From NCBI GenBank assembly GCA_033442325.1, contig JAWQFM010000025.1, positions 424,638 through 488,637 on the forward strand: a DNA stretch of 64,000 bases, read 5' to 3'. This DNA comes from Salpingoeca rosetta. Taxonomy: Eukaryota > Protista > Choanoflagellata. Below, one piece after another: positions 48,289 to 64,000 of the stretch. The position numbers were made by a program, and so were the translations under genes. Numbering within the stretch: the first letter of the stretch is position 1; every line of letters starts with the position of its first letter. The notes below the pieces were generated by a model, which did not search any database, was not told the origin of the DNA, and saw only the letters and a program-made list of their open reading frames with translations.

Positions 48289-49825
48289 GCCACAACCCGC
48301 CGTGTTCTTTGCCAGTGTCAAGTTCAGCAGCCAAGCAGACGCAGACCGCTTCAGTGAGCTCCGATCCACAGTGTTGGGTGGTGCACGTGCAGAGAGGGTG
48401 GCCATCACGACATTCATGCCCCTGGCCTCCTTGACGGTGTGTAATGCAAGCGTGCTCGTCTTGAACACAAACTCCCTCGGGTCGGAGAGCGTCACCTTCC
48501 GCGACGTTGGACACGTCCGCTGGATCGACCTCTCATACGAGCGGCCCACGCTGCAAGGCGAGGTGTCCAACGTCGGCGGCATCAGCTTCCTCGGCATCAA
48601 CAGACTCAGCGACCTGAGCGTGTTTGCCGGCGTCCCGGACCTGCGGATCGCCTCATCCCGGCACGTGGACCTGACGCCGCTCGCGGGCTTGAGGAAGCTC
48701 GTGCTGGGCGGGGGCAACGTGGACTGCGAGGCCGTGCTGGCAGAGGCAGAGGAGGGCGTGTTCCTCAACTTTGTGCCGCTGGGCATCGACACGCTGCACG
48801 CGAAGCGGGTTGGCCTGTCCAACATACGAAGCGACACGCCGGCTCGCATGCAGTTCCCCAACGCCACCCACTTTGAGCTGCGACACGGCGCCCTGGATGA
48901 CGACGTGGAGTTTGTGCTGCCGCCACGCGTCGACACGATTGTGCTTCGCAGCACCGGCATGCCAAACCCAAAGATCCCGCAGTTTGAGCACGCGCGGGTG
49001 CTGGATCTCGACTGGCGTGGCAAGGTCAACCTGTCTGACGTGGCACACCGCGTGGACAAGCTGGTGATCCGCAACCCACGCATGCTGCACACCAGTGCAG
49101 ACGACACTTTGGGTGGCCTGCTGCCAGTGCCAGACACCGTGCACGTGTGCCTGGAGAAATTCCACATCACCACGCCCGCCCTCGACGTGCCAGCGTGCGT
49201 GAAAGAGCTGTCTGCGGGCGCCGGCAAAACGGCCCGCGAAAACGTGTCTGGGCCGTGCCTGGCCAATGTCCCGCTGCTGTCACTCAGCAACTACCGCCTG
49301 TGTGATGTGGGCGCCCTGCGTGCGCGGCGGCAGCTTCACCTGGCGGACGTCGTGCTTGATGGCGAGATCAGCGACTGCAACCACGTGTCGCTTCGCCGCT
49401 GTCACGGCACCGTCGCCTTCAGCGGCACCACGTGGCTGTACGTGCATGAGGGTATGGTGATGCCAAGCGGTGATGATGACAGCGGTGATGAGGACGGTGG
49501 TGGTGACGACGACATGCTGGGGTTTGGTCTTGGCACCCTGAACTTTGAGGGCTTGTTGTGGATTGGGCGTGTGCGTGACGTGTCCACGTGCCACCTGCAC
49601 TCGTGCAACATCATGGACTTTTCCTGCTTCCGCAACGTCCAGCGTCTCATCGTGGAAGAGTGCACGTTCGATGACCCGAGCGCACTGCCGGCGGTCGGCT
49701 GCCTCGTGGTCCGCAACTGTACCAGCGTCGACGACGAGTGGGCGTGGCCAGATGTGGTGCTGGTGAACCGAACGCCAGACGACATGATGGCCGTGCTTAT
49801 GGGCGGCAGGGTGGAGAAGGTGTGA
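47408..49825 (+). CDS. F-box-like N-domain / acidic / polyQ / degenerate LRR-like protein (copy C), intronless
   Basis: 805-aa ORF; N-part identical to the 42274 copy; polyQ 48191-48296; C-part similar to the 11448 copy (FFASVKFSSQADADRFSELRS, FEHARVLDLD, CFRNVQRLI, WAWPD, MMAVLMGGRVEKV*). Confidence 0.8.
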
Positions 49826-49876
49826 GGCGGAGGAGAAGAGGGTGTGAGGGGGCAAGGGTGTGTGTGTGTGTGTGCG

Positions 49877-49958
<82 letters not shown>

Positions 49959-50271
49959 GTTGTCTGCTGCTTCGCTTGCTGCTTGTCGGTCCCGCCAAAC
50001 AAAGAAGGTATTTTCATTGGAAAACATTGCAAATAAAGTGGACGTTGGTGGTGATCAGTGCGCTCGTCGAGTCTTCGTCGAGTCTTCTTTCGACTGTGTC
50101 TCACCGTCAAGCCTTCAGCCGTCACTCCTTCACTCCCCCACCAGACCCTCATCCCACCTCCATTTGTCCTTCAGTTCTCCCACATCGCTGCAGCCTTACT
50201 CAAGCCCGAGTCGCCCCTTTCCTACTGCGTGGTCACAAATCAATCCCAAAGACCAAGAGCAATCCACCAGC

Positions 50272-52904
50272 ATGTCAATGGATCCACCTGCCTCTCAAGC
50301 GAGTGTCGAGGTGGTTGTGTCCGACCTTTATGCTGCTGTTGCCACCTTTGGCCTCGTCGAAGCAGAACAGAGCGAAGGCGGCGGTCACTATGTTTCGTTT
50401 CTTCGTCAAGGTATTTGGAGAGTATGAGGCGGAGACGGTGAACGAAGCGGTGCTGAGCTTGACGTGGTGCTTGGTGCCTTGTTGCTCCAGTGTTGTTCGT
50501 TGATCGCTGGGCCCAGTGCTCCCACCCATGCACAAGTGCACATGGGAGTGATTGGACGGTTCAATACTCTGACACGTCCGTACCCTTCTCAAACATATCC
50601 TTGTGCTGACATTGCGTGTAAACTGATCGATGTGATTGTGTGGCTGCAATTTGCCCCCTGCATCGCGTTCCCCCACACTCTTGACAGTAGAAGCCACCCC
50701 CCTCCCCCCTTCCCCCTTTGCACCTTCAATGTTCAAGCCCTGTCTGCTCTCATGCCATTCATGCTATGCTCCATCCTCTGATATGCGTGACAGGATCACA
50801 GCTCTTTCAAGCTGGTGTTCGCCCCGGCCATCACCTCGTTGCCATCGTGATACAAGGCGTTGCACAAGTTGTACTCACGGGAGCGCACCCAAGAGTCGAA
50901 AGAGGCATCACACCGTCGCAACTCATGGAGCAGTTTCAGTCTCATCCCCAGAGGCGTAAGTCGGTGCCAATTTACCTACTTGAAACAAGACCTGCAACCC
51001 CTGTGCCTGTGGGTGTTGTTGGAGATGATGAACTGATCCATCCCCCGGCCCTCCATGCGGTGATTGCGTTTGCCCTGCTCTCACCGAAACCTTGCCTGTT
51101 CTCTTCATTCAGTGAGAGGCCTTGACGCAACCCTGGTGTTTAGGCCAAGCCCACAGCTACTTCCGAGTATCATTCACCGTCGAGATGACGACATGTGCCT
51201 ACTCTTGGCCGAATGCCTCAACAATGGAGGCGGCAACGAAGACGTTGCGATTCGGCGTCATGTGCAGAAGGCACTAGGTTCTCGGAATGGGTACCACCAA
51301 CTGAAACAGATTGCTTTCACAGCAAACGCAGCAAGCAGCCACCACTTCATTGTCGCGATTGGCGACGACGACGCACTCAACGGCGAAAGCACGACGCCGG
51401 TGTACATCTGCTTTCAAAACACCCAAACCCTGCAACACGTCATGACTGACATGAAGGCCCTTGCCAGACCCCCAATGCGAGATGCCATCGAAGGAAATGT
51501 GCACCTTGGGTTTTTGGAAGTGGCAGAGACGATTCCTATTGAGCCCTTTCTCAACCTGCTGCGTGACACCAAGGCGAACAAGCGACACCGCTTGGTGTTT
51601 TGCGGCCACTCTCTCGGCGGTGCACTTGCTCAGCTGGTGGCACTCCGTGTTCTTCTTCGCTGCGATGAGCTTTGCATTCGCCAGAACGTGCACGTTGCCG
51701 CCTTTGGCGCCCCTCTCGTCGGCGACGACAAGTTTGCTGCCCAGTTTGAGAAGCAGTTCGGGCATACACACGTGGCGCGGAAGAACTGCCGGTTCTATGT
51801 GAACAAGGCGGACATTGTTCCTCGCGTGCTCGTGCTGCTCACACGCGCATTTGAAGGCGGGTCAAAGTCCATGGAGCGACAGCGCTTGACCGAGGCGATT
51901 CTCAAACAAACCTTCCAGCCCAGTGCACCGCAGCAGGCGACACCCGCGCATGCGCAAGCAACAGCTGACCAGCCTGCAGAGGACCAAGCGATTTGGTCGT
52001 GGCAATCGATGCAGCAGGCTGCCTCTTCTCTTGAGCAAGTCTTCCCCAAAATTGGCGCAGAGTTACAAATGCGCTTACCCGGGTTGATGTCCATGCTGCC
52101 TGGGCCATCGGACTCCAACTTATGGTCCAAGCTTGCTTCCTGTCTTCAGGCCCTAGCCAGGACAAGCATCCAGTGCAACTACTCTGCTTTTGGCACGTAC
52201 CTGATTCGCCAAGGCGAAGACTGGGTTCCACACACCGAACCAGAAAGCATTCGTGAGGCGCTCTTCAAGAGCACGTCGCTACGGAACCTCAACGCAGGGC
52301 TTCTGCAGTACCACATGCTCATGCATTACCAACAAGGCTGTCAGCTCACGAACCGGCGCGCCTGGTATCCGCAACAGGGCGAAGCGCTGCCGAGCCTGAA
52401 GGTCGACAACCCCGACTTCTCTGCGCCTCAGAAGATGGAATTTCAGCCTCTTCATTCCAGCATAACCTCGACACCCAGTCACCAGCAGCACCACCTTGCT
52501 TTTACAGGCAAGGGGTTTGCATTTGTGACACACGTAACGAGCTCCCTTGACGAATTTGGGCGTCAGTTCTTCCCCTTGTACCTCGAGCATTGCCAGAGGC
52601 TGGAAGTCACAATCACATGCAAGAAGGAGCTTGCGCGTTCGGTTTTTGAGGTTCGGTTCCACACAATATTCAGCACCCGGCCAACCACTATCATGGTGGA
52701 TGTCACACAGCTCTCCGACCTGCCCATGTCTGGAAAGCTGTCTGCAGTCGCAAAACTTCCACGCGACGAGGTCATAAATCAGGTACGTGGATGCTGTCAG
52801 ATGTGCATCTGCCCTGTCTTGTTGCACGACTGCGTGCCAGTAACATGGTGGTGGGAGCGAGTGAATATGCACCTTGTTTGCTTGTGTGTGTGTGTGTGTG
52901 TAAA

Positions 52905-52935
<31 letters not shown>

Positions 52936-55197
52936 TGGTATGATCAAGTGCGCCACTGAAAAGCAGTCGCCATCCATTGACACGTGCGCACACACTCACA
53001 CGCAAAACTCCAGGCTGTCTTACTGACGCTGTTCTCGCACGATCAGATGCAGCAAGAGAAGGTGCTTGACATTCTCACGCAGCTGGAGTCTGGTGCCATT
53101 TCCTCGCCTGCCGAGCGGTGGCTGTCCAAAAATGCAAGCGCTGTTGCCTCTGAAGAGGTGCTTATGTCTTCAGTGGCGTCGGAGCAGTCCAAAAATCAAG
53201 CAACAACAGGGGAGGCAATCCCGGCCACGGCAGCACACACTCCGGGTGAAAGCCAGGACAGGACTCCTGCGGAACCTGCTCGAAGTACGCTCCAGACCTT
53301 TGTGGCCGACCATCTCAGAACAGCGCTCAACGCAGGTGATTTGTACTCCTTTGAGTGTGTGTGTGAATAGTGGGTGGCCACCGTTGTTGAACTGAATCAG
53401 TGTATTGGGCGTACCGACTCATACGCGTGTACATTCTCACATCTATGCGTGTGCTCTTGCGTTTGATGATGGCTAGTGCTGCAGAACGCTCGTACAGACA
53501 AGGCAACGAAAGAAGACGCCCCCAGCAAGATCCACCGCTACCGTGACGTTCCACAGGCCTTTCAATCGGATGCTGCGCTGACCGCTCATGAAGCCGTGAA
53601 ACTCACCGCCCAATCAACGCGAAAAGTACTTGCCCGCACCGGTTTCCCCGACATTGCTGTGCGATCGGGGTTGACCGCGATGGTAGCGGCTTCTTTCGTG
53701 GCTGCTGGTATTGGCCTTGTCGCTCTTGGGTCCGTTGGCACAGCATCTCTAGTCGTGATCGAACCAAGTTTCCTGCTCCAGGGAGTTGGCGCAGCTACAG
53801 CTCTGTGCAGCAGTGGGGTGCTGTACACGATTAAGCGGAACCAGATTGAATACCAAAAGAATGTCCAGGTGCTGTGCTTTGCTTTAGTTGACGTGTGTAT
53901 GTGTGCGCACGTTGTTGTAGCTATGCTTGGGTGCTGCTGTTATTGTTGTTACTGCTCTTCTAGCTTTGTTCTTGTTTTTGTTCCTGGTACATGGTGTTTG
54001 CTGGATGCACGTCAAATCTGAATCTCAATTGCCCCTTCACCACCCTCGCTCTTGCTCCATGCATGCGTGCGTGTCTTCCACCCAGCTTATGCTACGACTG
54101 CTGACACTCGACGCGGAGGACGTTCCCAGCGAACCAATGTACTTCGCTGAGAAGGCCATTGTGACCAAGGGTATTGCGCAAAAGATGAAGGCGGTCGTTG
54201 GTCATCCCTTTGAGCCAGCTGACCTCGTCACAGATGACTTTGTTCTGAAGTACTTCTCCAAAGTTCGGTCAGGGGGGCCCTTGTACGACATCAGTGACGA
54301 CGCCACTGCACGCAAACGGGCGCTCATGTTTCTCCGTGACGTTTGGCTGATTTATCGCCTCAGGACCATTCTCGCAGACACGTTCATGTTTGGCATCGTG
54401 GGGACGACAAAGACGGGCAAGGTGTGACATGTACCCTGTTATGGTCGTCAGGCGGTGTCTGTCGTGCTGTTTGCTTGCGTATGTGTGTATGTGTATGTGG
54501 GTGTGGGTGTGTGTATGTGTATGTGGATGTGGGTGTGAGTGTGGGTGTAGGTATGGGTGTAGGTGTCTGAATGTGCGCCTGTCTGCGTGTTCTTGTGTCT
54601 GGTTTAGTGTTCGGCTATCGCTCTCTCAAAGAGTTGCGTTGTGTTCTTATGGTTGTCCTGTGGGCATGACTTTTCGCTGCCATGCAGAGCACGCTTCTGT
54701 CCCGCCTCAACTTCAAGGCCGTTGCAGACTCTGCCATCAACACCATGCGCATTCAATTCCACAAGTGGCCACAGGTCAAGCACATTGTGTTTGTGGATTT
54801 CCCCGGCAACGACGATGTCAATCACGCGGTAAAGATAGACGAGAGAAAGTTGTTGAGGGAAACGGGGTTGGGGGACTTGGTGGGGAGGGCTTCGACGGCG
54901 TGGCGGTGAGAGCCCTGGCAGCATGCGGCGTTGCGTTGATACGATTAATCCTTGCTGTTGGGCGCTTGAATGTGGGCCGCGAGTGTCGCACGTTGTGTGA
55001 CGGCGGCTTGGAGTTGAGTTGCTGATGTTCATTGGAACCTCACGCGTACATGGCAGGTCCGCGACGCGTTTTCTTCCCATTACTCCATCTTGGACGCTTG
55101 TATTTTCGTGGTTGAGGCGGACAAGTCCAACACCATGCGTGTCCAGGAAACCTTCCTCATGGCGCTCAAACACGACGTACGTGCTGCATTGTGAATG

Positions 55198-55232
<35 letters not shown>

Positions 55233-55240
55233 CGTGTGTG

Positions 55241-55295
<55 letters not shown>

Positions 55296-56198
55296 AACCT
55301 GCATGTGTGTGTGTGTGTGCGTGAACCTGCGTGTGTGTGAGTACGCACCTTTGACCTTGCGTTGAAGGGAAGAATGTGGACTTGTGCACCAGTTTGTGAA
55401 ACACTGGAGACAATCTTCTTTTCAATTTTGACGCCCCTGCCCAACTCACGCCTTGGAATGCGGAAATGATTTCAGATTCCGGTATTGCTGTGTTTCAACA
55501 AAGCTGATCTTCTTCTCGTGCACACACAAGAAGACAATGACGATCGGGATGGCACCACGCTTTTGCCAGACGATGCGAGGCGTCAGGCGTGCACATCGGC
55601 TGCTGAGCACAGTGATTATGATGATGATGATGGTGCCGCTGATTATGGTGATGGTGGTGACGATGAGGACGATGGGTTCGATGGCTACGATGACTTTCTT
55701 GTTCTTGGCCCATCGGTAAGACTCTGCTTGCCCAGTCAGCGTTGCACTTGGCACAAACATGCGCTATTCATGAACCACCCTTCCCCACGTCTACTCACGC
55801 TGATCGTTGACCACTGTATTGACTGCAATGTTGTCCCCAATCTCAAGACACCCCTTCGTTCCGAGGCCGAGTTGCAGCAGATAATGCAAAAGCGGCTTGA
55901 TGCCCTTCTAGGCGACGGCGGCGCCAAGATGTCTCCCAGTAGCAGCAAGGGGATGCACAGCGTCGAAACGCACTCCTCATCCGAGCAAGTCAGGAAGTTT
56001 GACACGTGCTTCACGTGCTTCACGCGCGAGTTGTCTCGTGCTGTCGAGCCGCAAGACCTACAAGAGCGCGGCATCCTCACACCCGTGGAAGTGTTGAAGC
56101 GGTGGCTCTTCCCCACGCTGAAGCGTTGCAATGTGCCCTTTCGTCAATCCGAACACAAGGCTGTGCTCGAATCCCTGAGGCGGAGGCCTAAACCATAG
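50272..56198 (+). CDS. Class-3 lipase + TM hairpin + P-loop GTPase fusion protein (copy B), 10 exons
   Basis: Exons 50272-50410, 50794-50955, 51113-52782, 53014-53335, 53477-53868, 54086-54421, 54688-54828, 55057-55176, 55476-55715, 55848-56198, with the same intron positions as copy A. CGHSLGG (51604-51618), AFGAPLVGD, DIVPR; GTTKTGK|ST, DFPG, NKAD. Confidence 0.85.
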
Positions 56199-56220
56199 CA
56201 CTTACTTACACGTGCATCTT

Positions 56221-56272
<52 letters not shown>

Positions 56273-56546
56273 CCTGTGTCTGTGCGTGTGCGTCTCGGGC
56301 TTTGTGTGTGTGTGTGTGTATGTGCATGCGCGTCTAGGTGTGTATGTGTCTGTGTGTCGCTTGCTGGTTCCCTTGTTGCACACCTGCTCCTGCGTGGCGT
56401 GCCTCTTGCTTCCCATGCGTGCCTCTTCCTGTTCGCCCCATTACCATCATCACCAGTCACACCTGTTCTTTCCTTTGATCGCTTCAGTTGTTGCTTTACT
56501 TCCACCGTTGACAAACACATGCGCGTCACTTTCATCGTTTCCTTCA

Positions 56547-56619
56547 TCACTCTTCCTTTGCCGCTTCCTCCTGCTGTGGTTGTTGTTGCTGCCACAGACG
56601 TGCGTTGTACGTTGTACGT

Positions 56620-56669
<50 letters not shown>

Positions 56670-57468
56670 TGCGTGCGTGTGTGTGTGAACTTACAGTGAG
56701 AATCGCACATTTGACAAACTCGCAGACCGCAATGCCGGAGACAGACACAGACACACAAAAACAAACACCCATGCCCCCCCCACACACACACACACAAACA
56801 CACACGTCTCCACGTCCCCTGCGCACCTCGATGGCTCTGCAGATTGTTTCGAGCTGGTAGTTTGCCGCGACGAGCTCGCCCCAGCGCACCTCCAGCTGGT
56901 AAAACTCCTGCCCGGCGGCCTGCTGCTCGTTCTGCCGCTGCCAGTTGATGTCCTCCATGTCCTGGCTGCAGCGTTCGAGCAAATTGGCGGTGGTGGTGAG
57001 GAGGAGAAGACGGGAGGTGGGGGGGGGGGGGGGACCAAAAAGATGATATTTAGTTTTGGGATGGTGGAAAGGATGGCACCCCAAACGTACATACCACACA
57101 CATACATATATACATACATGCATACATACATACATACATACACACACATACATACATACATACATACATACATACATACATACATACACACACACCCCCC
57201 ACCCCACACACCCCACTCCCCCACTTACTTGATTGCATCGAGGGCTGCCTGGAGGCGGTTCTGCAGCGCCTGCAGCTGCTCCACGTACCGGGTCCACTTT
57301 TGCCCGCCAAACTGCGTCATCAGCTCAAGGTTGTCGATCCTGTACGAGTGGGAAGGAGAAGTGGAGGGGGAGAAGGGGGAGGAGAAGGCGTTGGAAAGAG
57401 CGGAGCGTGAGTGCGATGCACAGTTGTGTTTGTATGTGTATGTGCAAGGCTGAAAGTCACTGGTCTCG

Positions 57469-57549
<81 letters not shown>

Positions 57550-57997
57550 TTTCCCGGTTTCAGCACAGCACAGCTCAGCACGCACAGACACAGACACACA
57601 CACACGCACAGACGGACACAAGACACAGACACACAGACACACACACGCAAACACACACGCGCTTACCTGTTTCGCTGATGCTCCAGTTGTGCGTATGCGT
57701 TCTTGACGCTTTCCTTCCACGCCTCTGGGTCGTTCTTCAATGCCTGGCTCGGCGCAGGCAGATCGTACCTGCGCATTGTGTTGTGTGTTGTTTGTTGAGC
57801 GTGTGAGGGTGCAGACGAACAAGCGCATGCACAGCTGGTGCGTGCACTTTGCAAGCGCCACCTCAAAGCACCTTCCACTCGACACCACTGACAGACCTGT
57901 ATGTGTCAAACTCTGGCGATTTGTACGAGCCTTCCTCCATCTCCTGCAAATGGTGCTTGACCATGGATGTGCGCTGTCAGCAACGATCGTGCGTTGA

Positions 57998-58037
<40 letters not shown>

Positions 58038-58441
58038 GTGTGTGCGTGCGTTGAGTTGATGAGACGTGGTTGGCGGTGATAAATGCAAAGCAGGACGACA
58101 GTTTGAGACAAAACGGGCACAGTCATTGAGAGCCCCTCATTTCCACGCCACCGCTTTAAGGCCTCACTTCAAACTGGAATGCCTTCGGAAGAGGGAGGTG
58201 GGACAGGTACTGTTTCTGTGAGGGCTTTCCCATGGATCCCATCTCCTCTGCCAGCAGTGCATTCACCTGCACAAGCAGTCATCGGTGAGCGTTGATGGAA
58301 GCAAGCAACACAAGCAGACAAAGCGTACACACACGCACACATACACACACGCACGCACACACCCACACACATACACGTAAGCACACACAAGTGTACCTGC
58401 TCTCTGCTGGCTTCAATGTCATCAACATATGGCAGTGCCAT
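56547..58441 (-). CDS. BCAS2: Pre-mRNA splicing factor SPF27/BCAS2 (Prp19 complex), multi-exon; last exon uncertain
   Basis: MALPYVD; RYDLPAP...[22 protein letters not shown]|[15 protein letters not shown]; [39 protein letters not shown] are hallmark BCAS2 motifs. Confidence 0.9.
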
Positions 58442-58731
58442 GACGCTGTATTGTGTGTGTGTGTGTGTGTGTGTGGGTCGCTTGCGAGCTAGCCTCTTCT
58501 GTCGTTTCTTGTCTGCTTGTGTTCGTTCGTGTTGTTGGTCTGCTTCTGCCGTGCGATATCCGTTCGTGACGATTGCTGGAAATCATGCATGAGTTATCGT
58601 CAACGTCAGCTTTGCCTTCCGACCCAAAGACAATTTTGCCGTGAGCGCGTTCACCCAAAGACCACGAGGAAGCAAACGCATCCAACCAAGACAACCCCCT
58701 CACACGCACACGCCTTCACAGAGCAGTGGGC

Positions 58732-63865
<5,134 letters not shown>

Positions 63866-63868
63866 TAA

Positions 63869-63951
<83 letters not shown>

Positions 63952-64000
63952 GTGCGTGTGTGTGCGTGTGCACTGTGCATGTCAGGACAGTTTTATGTGT

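Overview
Eukaryotic, intron-rich, GC-rich draft sequence with N gaps and (GT/CA)n, (CAA)n and (GTTT)n microsatellites in nearly every intron. The style suggests a choanoflagellate such as Salpingoeca, but that is an inference. Four conserved housekeeping genes are recognisable: an SLK/LOK-type STE20 kinase (minus, runs off the left edge), a SAC-domain phosphoinositide phosphatase of the SAC2/INPP5F type, BCAS2/SPF27, and DHX15/Prp43 (runs off the right edge). Two accessory blocks (about 5.9-18.9 kb and 37.1-56.2 kb) contain the same three unusual gene families. The first is intronless secreted proteins with a stalk and seven W-x-G-G-V-L-A-x-N-G-x-I-Y-G-x-P repeats (probable 7-bladed propellers). 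The second is intronless polyQ-hinged degenerate LRR-like proteins. The third is 10-exon class-3 lipase + transmembrane hairpin + P-loop GTPase fusions. Block 1 also has a HET/TIR-like + TPR gene. This recurring set is the best candidate for an undescribed, possibly defence or recognition, system. Also present: a 434-bp highly self-complementary insert flanked by a 9-bp direct repeat (19031-19482), a damaged IS630/Tc1-type DDE transposase, and a disordered ORF of about 1200 aa.
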